Part shown: piece after piece, positions 49,917-63,400 of the stretch
Numbering within the stretch: the first letter of the stretch is position 1
Layout of the letters: every line of letters begins with the position of its first letter
Assembly: GCA_036172245.1 (NCBI GenBank)
Contig: JAYWIR010000007.1
Span: 3,968,001 to 4,032,000, forward strand
Direction: 5' to 3'
Length of the DNA stretch: 64,000 nucleotides
Source: Raillietiella orientalis
Taxonomy: Eukaryota
The notes under the pieces: model-generated
The model's database searches: none
The model's input: the letters and a program-made list of their open reading frames with translations, nothing else
What the model was told of the DNA's origin: nothing
Position numbers and translations under genes: made by a program

Positions 49917-52900
49917 GTTCTGATTGCAAAAGTTTTCATGAACAGCCGCATTTCTGTGTTTTCGATGAGCGTCTCGGTGTTTCACATCAGTGAGGAACTA
50001 AAGAAATCACTTATATGTTTCTTGGGTGGCATGAGAGAGATGAGGAAATCACAGGATGTTTAACGAGGCATTCTTTTGTGTATTTCTCCATATCAGAAAA
50101 CAAGCTCTAAAGTGAAAATTGGTCCTACACGAACTGATCTCGACCACAGATATCTTGCATCAAGATATCCTCCGTCAAACGTCGCTCATTAAATCATGGA
50201 ACCATTAAAAAAAGTAATTTTTGAACACTTTGTGGACAGGAGAGCAGCCGTAGCGAACGACCCATACTGCACTCCTCTTGCGAGTCATCTGATGTCAACA
50301 CTTCTGAACGAACAGGCGTTGAGGTCTGTCATGGAAATGTGAATCTGTCGCGCATTAACTACCGTCTTATTATAGAAACGTGCACTAGATGTTCCTTGAT
50401 ATTCCACCTCAATTTCCATATGCACCAGGCTGATATCCAAGTAATTTTCACATTTCGGATTACAGAGAAAGTCTCTCAGAGCGCTTCATTTCCTGCCACA
50501 TGAATTGGTTAAAATAGAAGCAAGGACTGAGAGCACGGAATTCCTCTAGCTCTGGAGAAGATGGTGCACAACACGAAGACTAAGTCGAAGACTGGAACAT
50601 GCACTCCGTTTATGTGGCTGACTTGGGACGGTTGTCAGCAAGGTTGTTTCATCAAAAGCCTTCTATTAAAAGGAATCAACATTCCCATGATTTCACTGCA
50701 GCTCTACGCTTCATCTCATACTTTCATGAATGCAACTGAATTTTCAATCATCAAGTTCAGCACTTTTCCTTTAAGCGAAATCACTGTGCATTCAAAGCAG
50801 ATGAATTTATTATTGTGAACTGCCTTATAATGCATTAGATTATCTTTAATATATTGTTTCCATTCATACAGCAATTGAAATTACAAAGTGAAAGATGAGT
50901 TGCGATGCGGAAAATTGTTGTCTTCTACGCAAAATGGGAGCTGAACGAGAAGTAAAGCCGCATTAGGCTTTCATTCTCTTCCAGTTCTCTGCCGAACCAA
51001 TATATACGCCTATATGTACGCCAGTCCATGTCATTGTGCTAAGCCTCACCAGGGAAATGTGAATAGATGATCCGGAATTTTTTGTTTTGCAATCGAAATC
51101 GAACAAGGACTAGGAACCGCGGCAAGGAATGACAACGAAGCGTTCAATTTGCGGCAAGAAACGCTTCCATTTCACGGCTACCAGATTTGCGAAGATTTGT
51201 GCTGTGCACGCAGAAATCGAAAATCCAATTCCAGTCGAAAGATGAGTATGAGTGGATAAATGCTTAGAAATAACATCCTACAAATGAAGAAAAAACTAGG
51301 GCACAGTGAGAGTTGCCAAAGTTGAATATTGTTGCTTCCAGCTGACAAACTTTAATCCAGTCACGTCGATGTTGCTTGCGATCGGTAAGGAAAATTACTG
51401 CGGATCCTTGATGATTTAGAGCAAGAATCCAAAACTGCGGTACTAAGGGAAGAAAAAGAGTTTCCATGAACTGGATTAATTGTGAAGTAGGAGGAAGATG
51501 GATGAAGTTATTCTGTCGTTTCGCATTGATGCAAACCAGGAGCGGAGTCCAACTTCGCATGCATACATGACAGTAGAAATGGAATGTTGAGTTTTTCAAG
51601 GGAAAATAAAACACTTGAAGGATGGAGAGGTGTTGGACCACAAATTCTGGGGAGGAAAACAGTCTTCCGACATGGATCCGCAGTTGAGAGTCATCAGGAC
51701 TTTCGTAGCGTGAATTATTGATTTCCTTTGCACAGCACGAGATGTTTGTGTATCGCTTCTTTGCAAATATTTGAGTTTCAAGGATATGTTCTATTTACGA
51801 TAAGATCGCTGTGCCTGAGAATTCCCTGTGTCTGTACTCGCAGGAGAGTTGCATGACGTAGTCGGGAACGGATGCGTGTCTTTCGTACGCTTTCCCAAAC
51901 ACCTGAATCAAATTAAGAGGGAAACAAGTATGAATGATTGAAAAATTCTTTTATAACTCACATTGGATGAGGGGCAGGGAAACACGATCCCATCTAGCCG
52001 CTCTTCTGCCCTTCACGGATCAAGCAGAGCGAAAAATGAAAAAGGAAGATCGAGGGGGGAGTTGAGCGGAGGAGGAGGAAAAGAATTTCGCAGGAATTCA
52101 TCTCAGTAGCGGCAGACACCACTGGACCCGGCTGCATCGAAGTGCGCCTAGGTTCATCTTCAAAGGGTCAACTCCTAATCGTGGAATGGCGCTACCGCCC
52201 CCTTTTGGATCAAAGGACATTCTACATTTCCACCGTGCGCCTTCCGTCGGAGATGACTTTCTCGCACCAGATGCCGCCCATCACTGTATCTGGTGGTGCT
52301 GCGCGACGGATCCGGAACAGGCTGTGGCAGCCATTTGCACCAGACCTGCGGTGCGCCCGTCTCGGCGTCCGCTCCCCGAGACGAAGATAGTCTTCTCCTC
52401 CTGGGAAAGAGTGGGAGAGGTTTGGCTTCGGGAGGCTGCATGCTGTGTCTGCCCATCGCTCGGTACCTCCACAGAGTGATCTCCGAGCTGAGCACGGGAA
52501 GACTTGGACGGTGATAACAACAGTCCCTACTGGGAGCTCCCTCGTCCTTTCTCCCTCTCCGTTCTCCTTCCCTACTTCTCCAACAGGGGACGATAGGCGT
52601 GAGACGGTAGAGGAATGAAGGAGAGGACGGCAGGTCCCGGGGCGGCGAGGGCGAGGTGGAAGGGAGTAGGGAGCCATCCGTTCCCAGGGACTTGCACTCT
52701 GGAAACGCTGCTCGCGTGGGGGATTGACTCCGGATCTCCTCGTCTTCAACTGCCTGTCTCAGAGCACCTCCCGTTCAACCCAGAGGTGGCTCAGCCGCAC
52801 CTTCCGCTGTCTCGAGGGGAAGGGGTGAGGTGCACGGAGTGGGTCCCAAATCCTTCTTCCTTTCCATTTCCACCCTTTTTCGACGCTCCTCAAAGGAAAG

Positions 52901-55900
52901 AATGCTTCCAGGTAACTCCTGAAATTTCACTGCGAAGAGGAGGTCCGACGCTGCTCAGGAGTGCCCGAGGAGATTCCCTTTGCAGCTCCCTTCCGCTGTC
53001 TTCGCCTCAAGGTAAATCTCCATGTGCTCGAATAGTCGTCGTTGTCGTGCCTCTAGTCAGGGACACCTCCAGGTCTCAGGAGCTGCTGATCCTCCTCTTC
53101 GCAGTATTGCCACACACATCCAGCGCCAGGTGAGCAGAGCGTGGTTGAATGTTGGTCTCCTTCCTGCTCCCATACCCGGCAAGTGCCCCGGAACGCCTGC
53201 CATGGCGGTCTACGCCTATGACCTTTTGCTCCTGTTGACCATGTCCACCTCTGAGGCAACATCACTCCAGGACTTCGTCAACTGGAGAAGTCGTGCGTGT
53301 GTCCTGTTGGCGCGGTGTGGGCCGAACAGCTGGACTGGATCCGCTTGTGGATCCCCGCAGTCGACTCCTTCAAGTACCCTGGAGTTCCCTTTGGGAACTT
53401 TTGCGTGGCAGCCCGCCCTCCTGGTCCGCCTGTCCCCAAAGGGCAGAGTGGGCTCTCGGTCCATTTCCTGGATGGCCCGTTGCTCTTGCTGGAGCGGACC
53501 TCTGAGTGGAACGCATTCGTGCCCCCCTCCCTCCATTGTTTTTTGTTTGCCCTGACCTTAGAGAAACGAAGAAGCGAGCCGAGGACCTCCTACAGAAGGT
53601 CCTCGGGAAGAAACAGGGTGGCCCCGAGCCAGGCTTGAGGGTTTGGAGGGCTCCTTGCCTGGATGAGGGGCCGGCCTTCCGGCGACGGGGCGAATGGAGA
53701 GGCGGCCCCCATTCAGAAGGCGGGTCTCCTGTTGGGTGCCGAGCACCGGACAGCGCGCTGGCACGTCCTTGCACATCCCCTCGCCGGGAGGGCTGCCGGC
53801 TTCGATGGATCGACATCTTTTCTCGTTCGCAGCCACCGAAACCCGGCCCGACGCGGGTACGCTCTTCGGCAGCTGGGTTGCCATGGTTAAGGGCTATCAC
53901 CTGGGTCTCCTGCCTCCCTGCGGACTGCAGTGCCTGGATCCAGGAAACCGTTCATAAGAGGGAGAAGAGAAGCAGCACTGCGGCTCTCGAACCATGCTCC
54001 TTCTTCGCTGGAGAGGATCAGGGAAGCCCCGGGAAGAGCGTGTGGGTGCAGGGCACCCCGCATGCATCCGCGCAGCCCTCCCTACGGGGAAACGACAGTG
54101 ACCAGCCGGTGGCAGGAGGAGAGGTCAGCTGCGAAGTCATAGGAAGAAGGAACTCATTGGGAAGCCCGCAGTCGACTTGCTGACTCTTCCACCCCCGCTG
54201 GGCCTACAGCAAAGGATTTCTCCGCTGGACCGACCTTCTTGGAAGCCCCTTGGAAAATGTGGACATCTGTGCTCTTCCCCTGAAGTGGTGGGACTCGGCA
54301 TTGCGAATGCTGCATTGAGAGGGACATACGCCGACGACGCCACCGGGGCAGGGAAAGTGGTGCCCCGGGCAGTACCAGGTGCAGTGAAAGGAAAACATTC
54401 CCGCCCCCGTTGATCGCGTGTGCTGCCCTCCGAGGTGTATGGGAGAGTTTCGCGATGGCCCCTCAATCCCCAAGGAACCACCCAGAGGACGTGGGCTATT
54501 CGCCGCCAGGGTGTCCCTGCACGGGTGGCGCCCTGGTGGCGCCCACAGTCCTGCACTGCCCCAGGCGGAGGCGAGAGAGGCCCCGGGCCAGCAGCGACGC
54601 CACCTCTATCACCTTCACCTTTCCGAGAACCACGACAAGAAGACCGTATTCCTTACGCCGCGAGGGGGACCTCTCCAGCATTCTGGGATGGATGAGGGGT
54701 GCCAGGGAAGTTGCTGAGGTTCCCTCCCTTGACCTCACCCTCTTCCCTCGTGCGGACTCCTCTGGACAACTACCTGAGAGCAGAAACGCTTCTTGGACTT
54801 GCATCGACGTAGTGGTATTCGTGACTCCACTGCGAAGGAATGCCCCCCAACCCTTTTTTTTGTTTCATGTACGTAAGATTTTAGAGTAAATGCCTTTGGG
54901 GCGATCTATGGAGAACTCCCCGGATGCATGGACTCTCTTTGGCGCCTTTCCCTTCTTCCGGGGCTTCCTCTGAACCACTTCGGAAGGACGGTGGCAGCCC
55001 CGGAGAGCAGAGAGACTTCCTCCTCGGGCCGCGGATGCGCTCATGCGCGGAGTCATCGCCTTCGTCTTCGGAGGGAAAGAGAAGGCGTAGAGGAGGTGAG
55101 AAAGGAGAGGGGGAAAAGCCAAGCGCCTGATCCGAGGGACAGGAACACGCATTCACTAGCAAGGGGTCACGCGGAACGCACCCCTACTCTTCTGCTCCCG
55201 CCGCTTCCTCTCTTTAGCTCGATCACCGGTGCTGAGATGTCGAGTCGTCTTCCTATCACGGAGCTATCGAGAGGCGTGGGAGAAGAGGGGAGGGATGCAG
55301 CGCGCGAAGAGGACTTCGGTGTGCAATTCCGGCAGGAAGGGAGGGGGGGGGGAGAGAAGGGGAAAGGAGTCGAGCAGATTTCCAAATATGTCGCCACCAT
55401 ATTTGGATTCGCGTCAGACTTCTCGTACCTGCACGAGGGTGCACCTGGAAATGGAAGAAGCCAGTAGACTACAGGAAGAGGGTCCCCAGGATCCGAGAAC
55501 TTCCCCAGACGCGGCAATGGGTCGTCACAAAGGAAAGCACCGGTGGATTGGGAAGGCCAAAAGTAGGTCAAGAGAAGGTAGTTGGTTTTCCCTCAGCCGG
55601 CGGCATGCTCGGCAAGGCACACACATCACCGTCGCCTCATGCCGTGGCAGGCCAATTGGCTACTGCGCCAACAATCCGATTGGCGGTGGCAGAGGGGAGA
55701 GCGCGCCTGCCCGAAACAGGGAGAGTCGGAGGAAGAAACGGAAGGGTGCAGAAAGGAGGAGGAGGAGGGGAGGAGACAAAGCGGCTGCTATCTGCAGCCG
55801 CCGCCGCTGCCTCCGAGCGTACCAGCAGCGTGCTGCTCACCTTCCACGCTCAGAGCGCTTTCCCGACGCTAGCTCGGCAGAGGGAGCTCTGCAAGGGGGA

Positions 55901-58900
55901 AAAGGGTCTCACTCCGGACAGGCTCACCGGTCGTTCCGAGCTGCTCCTCGGCCCACGCACGGGAGAGCGGCGGGAAGGACGTGGGTGGCCAAGTCCGCCG
56001 GACTTCTCACCTGCACGAGGACGGGGGAAGGGGCCGAAAGGCTCGCCTGTGGGCGGCGGGGAGGGGAGAGGGCAAGAAGCACCTGACGACTGGGCGTGCG
56101 TGGTAAGAGATCGGAGCTTGAGAAAGGCGACGACGAACTCCTTGGCGCTGCTTCACGGGCTGCAGGCTCCCAGCAGGAAAGCCCGCGATGGGAGCCAATC
56201 CGGGAGAGGAGGCGGGGAGTCCTCCCGGATGTCTCCCGAGCTGCCGGAGGGGCTCGCTTGAGGGCCTTCGGTGTCTGTCGACCCCGATTACGCCTCCCCT
56301 TCGTGGAGGGGGGAAGGAAAGGCGGGTGGGTTCCCTCGAGTGCAGAAGGACCGCGATCAGGTCAGGTCCCGCCCCCCTCTCCTTCCCTCCTGCCAGACGG
56401 CGTTTGCCGGGGAGAGGCTCTTCGGGGCACAGGAAGGGACAGACGAAAGGAGGAAGGGAAGGTTGCCAGGTCCCGGAACCCTGCGTCCCCGACTGGGTGA
56501 GCGAGTGCTCGCGGCAGCGGCGGCCCACTCCGCAGACGGCGGGAGGCGGTGCTACAGGCGGGCGGAAAACCCGCGGCGCGGTTACGCGAGCGAGAGTACG
56601 CACGAGCGGGTTTCGTGCGCGCTCGCGGAAACCAACGAAAGGGAAGGAGGCGGGGGCGGCTCCGCGCCCGCTGTTGCCGCCTCCGCCGAGCGCACCAGCA
56701 GCGTGCTGCGCACCTGCTGGCTCGCTCGGCGCGCTTCGCCGGCGCGGGGTCAGCCGCTGGGCGACGGGTCTCGGGACGAGAAACCTCCCTGCCCACGCGC
56801 AGCGGCACCCACTGGACCACCCTGCGCCTGGCCCCGAAACCGGCCTGAAGTGAGCGCCTTCCCGCTTCAGGCCGGTCGCTGAAGGGGGTGCGTCGGGCAC
56901 TCCGACTCGGTTGCCGCCTCCCCAAAGGGTCCTTTCTCTCCCCGCAGCCGCAGGACGACGGCGCCTGTGGCTTGCGTGGAGTAGACCGGAGGACCTGTCC
57001 CGGTTGCCGACGCGGAATGCCGATCGAGGGGGAGCGAAAGTGGCGCGAGGTCTGCCACCTTCGCTCTGCGCCCTTGGTGATGGACGCGGGCAGCGCCACG
57101 GTGGACGCCGTCGACCGCCGCCGTGTTTGACCGCGAGCGCGTTGCAGCTACCGCCACGAGGTGAGCGCACGAGAGGAAGAAGGGGGGGGGGCAAAGAGCG
57201 GAAGGAGCGGCCAAGGACGAGGACCCCTTCTCCCGGAACGAGGAAGGGAGCGCTCTGGGGCTCTGGCACCCTTGGAAGAGGCACGCCGCCCGCCCACGTG
57301 GAAGTTGCGGCGGCCGTCTCGTCCGGCTCGCTCGCGGTTGCCGGGTTCCCTTGCGCGTGGACGTCGAGGGACGGACGGAGGGAAGCTTCCCGGTGGGCAG
57401 GGAAGGGGACGAAGGGGCTCGGACATCTCCCTGGCAGGCGCCGCCGGAAGCGGGAGCGGACCGATCGCCTGGCGGCGGTCCGGGACGCGCAGCAGCAGTG
57501 CCGTCCGCCATCCTCCGAGTCTCCTGGAGTTCCTGCACTTCTCGGATAGCAGCGGGGGCAGACCCCTGCGCTCATGCAGGAAAGTCCGCATGACGTCTCC
57601 TGGGTTCGGATTCCGGCCAGGTCAGCGGTCTTCCTAGACGGTGGGAAGCGGATAGGGGAGGGGCTTTCCCTATCCGCTTCCTGCCCCTTCCGGGACTGCC
57701 GCCGTCCCCCTCCACTCTCTGCCCGTCACGGCAAAGGAAGGGGGAGAAAAGAAGGAGTGCTCTGTTTGCTCCGTCCCTCCGCCTCGTTCATTCACAACGA
57801 GCAATTGGCCGGACTCCCTCCAGGCTGGTGAAGCAGAGAGCCGGGGCCTTCCCGGCTTGTCCTCCCCCCTCCCTATGGAGAGGCGAAGGAGCTCCGAGGG
57901 AAGAGCACGAGCGAGTCAAGTGGAACGGGAGGGTGGGAGAAGCAGCGGCGATCCTGGCGCCAGGAAGGTCTTTCGCCCGAGAAGAACTCGTCAGCGGTCC
58001 CGTATGAATTCCCTTCGGACCAGTGGGAAGAGAGCGTTGGCGAAGCCGGCTGGGTCGCGCGAGCGCCAACTCTGGAAAGATGACGAGTGGAGTGCCTGTT
58101 TCCTCGTCCCTCTCTCCCCCCACTACCCTCTCTCGAACACGCATTCCCTCCATTTTTTCCCTTCTGGACATCCAGGTGCTGGCAGGCAGCCGCGCGAGCT
58201 GCGACAATCGTCGCGCCTACCCGCGTGAAGATAGGAAACTGCGCCAGCCGCACGAGAGCGCCGTCTGGAGGCTCCCGCGGTGGTTGACCCCAGTCCACAC
58301 CCTTTCGTGGAGGCGCCATGCGAAGCGCCCGGTGCCCCTTCCGTTACCGAGGGATGCCGATGCCGCCTGAGCCGGCGAGGGCCTCCCAGTCGCCCTCTTT
58401 TCGACCCGCCCTGTTCCCAAGCTTGTCCGCAAGCCAGTCGGGGAACGCCGGAGAAGGTGACGGAAACGGGAAATGCAAGGGGAGAAGGGACAGCGGATTT
58501 GGAGAAGCGAGAGTGGAAATGCGAGAAGAGCCCTTTGAGAGTGGGAAGGGTGGGGCTGCCAGGTGGAAACCCCCGCGCAGGACCAAGGACAATCGTCCAC
58601 TTTATCGTTCCGATTAGAGTGGGCGTCAAAGGGAACAAAGGGAGGAGGACTGGATCGCGAGCGGGATTCTCAGGGGGTTCTGCTCTCCTTCGGCTGCAGC
58701 CAGCCACCGGGTCGACCCTCGAAGACGAGGTGACGGGAATGCTGGGGAGGAAAAGGGGGCGAAGGAAGAGGAAGGGGGGGGTTTCGCTCTTGCGACGCCT
58801 TCGCGGGAGATGCAGGAGCCCCGCAGCTGGCAGTGAGGTGCTGAGGAAGAGGAATCCACCAGGAACGCTTTCCTCTGACCAGAGGAATGCAGGGAGAGTG

Positions 58901-59850
58901 GCTTCCAGATGTCGCGGGGACACCCCCAGTTCTCCTCGCTCCCTCAGCAGGAGGCTCCCTCGGGATGAGGACGGCGCGCGAGGAAAACGTACTGGCCCGA
59001 GAAGAGGGCTCAGCAGAGGCGTCCATTCCTGTATGGTGGCAGTGCTGGTCTTTTGGCAGGCGCTGCTGCTGGATGCACAGCGCTCTCTGCCGCCAGTGGT
59101 CCCAGAGGACTCGGATCCCCTTCCAGCCTATCTCACCTCCTTCCCCTCACACCAAAGAAGGAAGGGGGGGATAAAGGGAGACAGGAGAGGAGGGAGCGGG
59201 AGAGGTCCTGGATCAGGTACCAGATCGGGGTCCTGATCGGGGACTGCTCGCCGAGAAGACCCTGAGGGGAGCCGCAGGCTTGGCGGGACAGCCCCTGCCT
59301 GAGGATGCCCAGGGTGAAGGCAAGGAAGGAAGAGGTCTGGGGAACAGGGAGATGACGAAAAAAAAGAGGAAGGACCAGAAAGAGGTGGACGCGGGAGAGA
59401 AATGGTGGCGATGGTGGAGCCAGAGACAAACCATTCCCTGCTTTTTTCTTCCTGGGTGCTCCGGGACGAAGAGAAGCAGAAACAGCAGCAGAAGAAGAAG
59501 TAAAGAACACAGTTCATGTGGGGAAGGGAAAGGGGAGGAGGAGGAGGAGGAGAGAGAGACAGGAGAGAATCCAGGGAATTTTCTCTTGGTTGCTTCCTGG
59601 AAACGCGTTGTTGGCGCCCTCGTGGTCAGATGCACCTTTTTCCCTTGAGCACCGTGGAGGGAGAGGTGGTAAAGTAGGGGGCCCCGACTGCTGGATCGAC
59701 AGCCCTCCCCTCCTCCCTTCTTCTGCTTTACCGGGAATGGACGGTCTTCGTTTTTCCCGGAATTCCAGGGGGCGGCAGTGTGCGCGCACTCCCGGTCGGC
59801 TCTCGTCGCTGAAGAGATCGGACAAGAGGAGGAAAAAGAGGAGGAAGAGG

Positions 59851-59910
59851 AACGACGCGTCACGCGTGGAAGCCGAGACGTGACGTCAGAGACGTTCTAT
59901 TTATAGACCG
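59851..59910 (+). promoter_or_regulatory. CRE plus MEF2/TATA-like promoter cassette
   Basis: Half-CRE CGTCA at about 59858, full palindromic CRE TGACGTCA at 59881-59888, and CTATTTATAG at 59897-59906 (perfect MEF2 consensus CTA(A/T)4TAG, also TATA-like), standing out as an AT island in GC-rich DNA. Confidence 0.45.
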
Positions 59911-60028
59911 CCGCACGCAGGCCGAGTCGTGTTGCGGTTTGCTATTCCGCGCATGTGCCGTCTCCGCGTCCCTGAGGGATCGCGGGCGCACTTGACACGC
60001 GCTAACGAGGGAGAAGAGAGGAAGAGGG

Positions 60029-60425
60029 ATGGGAGAGGAAGAGGAGGATGAGGAACACGAATCTCCCTCCCCCGTTTTGTTGATCCCAACAGACCTCTCG
60101 ACGCGTTGTGTCGCTCAGGGGATAGGAGGAGGCGGAGGAGGAGGAAGGAAAAACCTGAGGGAGGAAGGGGGATGGCTGCGGCGGCGGAAACGCGCGCGGC
60201 GCGTGCGAACGTTCCCCGGCGTCGATCAATGGATAGCAGCGGAGCAAAACAAACAACGGGAACTCAGGGGGATGGGGAAGGGGAGTGATGCTCTCGGAAG
60301 AACGCGTTCCCCGGACGAAAGCGTCTTCCTCGGAGGGGGAGAGAGTGAAAGAGACTGTTCCCACGTAAACAGGGACGTTTCCTTTTTCTCCTCCCTCCCC
60401 TTCTCTTCGCCGCCCCCACCTTCAG
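60029..60425 (+). CDS. Candidate first coding exon of an unidentified gene (acidic N-terminus, PTDLS motif)
   Basis: ATG in good context (GGGATGG) about 120 nt downstream of the TATA-like element, open frame MGEEEEDEEHESPSPVLLIPTDLSTR..., ending at a consensus-like donor CAG|GTACGT (60425/60426). No downstream exon identified. Confidence 0.25.
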
Positions 60426-63400
60426 GTACGTCGCAGGAGGCGCGCGAACGAGGGGACGGGAGCGAGGGATTCCCGTCGGTGCAGCGGGGAGAATGACGAC
60501 GCATGCGAGCTCCGGAGGGAAAGCAGTCGGGGTTTGCAGGAGGATGCTTGCGAAAAAAGGGAAGGGGGAGCTATCATGAAAAGCGACCACGGGGGAGTAG
60601 GGAAGATTTCATCCCCCTCTTCCCTCCCTGGTCGAGAACCTCGTCCTGAAAGATAGTCGTTCCAGAAGCAAAGGACGGACTCACTGTCCTCTGTCCACTT
60701 TTGTCGCTGCCCCCTTCGTGTGCACTTCCGGAAAACGAATGATCTGGAAGGAAGGGCTGGGATGAGACGAGGAAGCCCTACGTGGATCGATGCCGCACGT
60801 ATCCACGAACGAGCCTGGCCGCGCGGCCGGTGCGGGTGGACATTGGAGGCAAGGCTGTTCTGCTTTACAATGGGGGAGGGGGAGGGTTAAGGAGGGAAGT
60901 GGAGGCGAAGGGTGAAGTTGGGGTGCGAGAGTGAAGGGGTCCCTCCTTCTCCGCCCTTCCTTTCCTCTACCCCCGAGGAGACTGGTTCCCCGTAATGACC
61001 CCGCTGGGAAGCGGTTCTGGAGTAGAGGAGGGAACTGCGAGTGGTCCTCAACGAATGAAAGAAAGGAAGCTGCCCAAACCCCAGCAGCAGGATGCAGTTT
61101 TCTGGAGTGCGGCCTTGGAGCAACGATCCAGCGGTGCCAGTAGCAAGCATCAGCAGCAGTAGAAGAAGAAGAAGAAGAAGCTGTGGACAACACAACTAAC
61201 GACTTTTTTTTTCTTTTCCCTTTCAGACAGAAAAAAAACAAAAAAAAAAAACAAAAACAAAGAGAAGAAGAGGAACGGAGAGATGCTCGACGAAATCACG
61301 AAGCAGGTCGGCGGCGGCGGCAGCGGCATATCCCTTGCGATGCCCGTCTGCTCCTTCCGCGGGATACAGCAGCGGCAGCTCCACGGGAGAAAGAGACGGT
61401 GGCGACGCCAGCGGAGGAGCCCGAACCAGTTCCTCTTCCAGCCGTCCCCGGTGCGGGGGAAGGGGGGATGCTTCGGGATGACCTTCGGGCGACTTCATCC
61501 ACCGGGATGCCTTCCACCACGTTCGAACGGCCGGCAGCAGCGGCGGCAGCAGCAGCAGCAGCAGCAGAGGGGACGTGGGCTTTTTTTTTTCTTTTTTTTT
61601 TTAGCTTTTTTTTTTTTTTTGTCTTTATCTTCTTTCTCGGGAGTCTCTCCTTGGACACCTCCGCTCGCGGAGGGAGCGGGCCAAGTTCAAGCGGGAGGGA
61701 AGGAACGCCTCCTGGCGGCCAGGGGAACGCGAGCACGGGATCATCGCAACTGACTGGATGCAACGGGTGGCGGTAGCGGCACCGCCGCCTCCCCCTGGAG
61801 GTTGCGGCGAGATCCGTCCGGCGGCTTCCAACGGCTCTTTACCGTCTGCCCCGCGTCCAGCGAAGGATGGCGTCCGCCAGCACGTCGATGTGGATCTTGG
61901 TCTGGAAGAAAGGAGGGAAAGGTGCGGAGAAGAAGCCACGGGCACAGCATCGCTCGGGGTCCCCGTTCCTCCCTTTTCTTCCCCCGTCTCCCCTCCTGAG
62001 CACACTCAAACCGAGGGGAGCCAACAAACGGCTCCCTATTCCTACGTCGCCGCCTCCGAGAGGCCCGCCGCGCGGCGGCCGCAACGACGACGACGAAACC
62101 CGCGGGTGGACTCGCGCGCGTTTTTCTGTTTGGGAAAGAGCAGGTGACGTCGTTGACGACATCCTCCCGGAGGCGTCCTACACACTCGAAGCGTGTGTGC
62201 CCTCTCAGGGAAAGGAGGAGGGGAGGGGAGGGAGGGGGAACGTTCCTATTGTGTCTTGGGGAATGCGAAAGGGGAACGCGTGATCGCGAAAGGCATGGGG
62301 AAGACAGGAGCGACGAAAGGAGAGAGCAGAGGAAGCAGCAGCAGCAGCAACAAGGGGCGCGCTGACACGGTCGCTCGGAGAGGTTCTGCTCTCGCCACCA
62401 AGGATCGCAATTTCGTTTTCGTTCGATCCTCCTTCCCCTCCTCCTCCTCTCTCCGCGAGTGAACGTGGCCGCTATCTTGGCAAAGAGAAGGAAAGGAAAG
62501 CGAGGAGGGGATGGACGCTCAAGTCTCCCTCCACCACACCCACACCCCTCCCTTTCTCTCGGGAAGGGCAGGCAGTCAGGACGCACGGGCAAACCACCAT
62601 CTTCGGGGTAGCGGGAGCGAGGGGGCCTCGCGACGAGTCTTCAGCGACACTGCGGCGCCTTCCGGTGGCGGGCAATTCCCGAAGAAACGCACGCCTCCCG
62701 GAAGTGTCACCTCGTAGGGTCAAGAGACAGTGCTGCTCTGTGTGCCACCCAAATCGAAGAGAACGGGAAAATTCCGAGATGGGATCGGCGCCGAGGAGCC
62801 GGATGGCTTTTCGCCCTCCCGAAAATGATCTCCCGGGAATATCCCGCCGTGTTCCAGAAAGTCGCGGAGAGGAATCATTTCTTAGGACGATCCAAGAGGC
62901 GCAGGGGAGAAGGAGCGGAGGGAAGATGGCTCTGTCGCCTTCCTTTTCCCTCTCTCCATCCCTCCCAAGGGGTCCCAAGAGGTCCTTCCTCGTTCCTTTT
63001 TTTTTCTTTCCCCCCCGTTGTTGTTTTTTTCCCTTCTTGACCCCTCTTACACGTCGTTCAAGAGCCATCCGACCTACGAGTGCACTCACGGCCTCCGCTG
63101 CCACCGATGCCGCGTCGGACAGGTCAGCGCGGCACCGCGTTATCTGGCGACCTCGAACGCACACTCTCTCGGAGGCGAGGAGAAGGAGGAGTGAGGGAGC
63201 GAGCAAGCCGGTGACGCACGTGACCTGAGCGACCCCGCGAAAGCTGATGTGGAGAGCCCAGGCGAGGGGCGCTCTCTGTAGTCCACTTCGCCGCCGCAGC
63301 AGCAGCAGCAGGCACGGCAAGGATTAAGGAAGGAGTCAGCGACGCAGCAGCGGACCGCACGGACCTTTCCATCCCTCCCCCTGCTTCCCGCGCAGCACGT

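Noticed and set aside
56007..57575. 522-aa minus-strand ORF and the many other long ORFs at 52-64 kb
   Set aside because: Arg/Gly/Pro/Ala-rich, overlapping in all six frames, with no domain. This is expected from stop-codon scarcity at high GC.
60422..60446. Resemblance to miR-275 (TCAGGTAC...GCGCGCG)
   Set aside because: The middle mismatches and there is no complementary hairpin arm; the sequence reads better as a splice donor.
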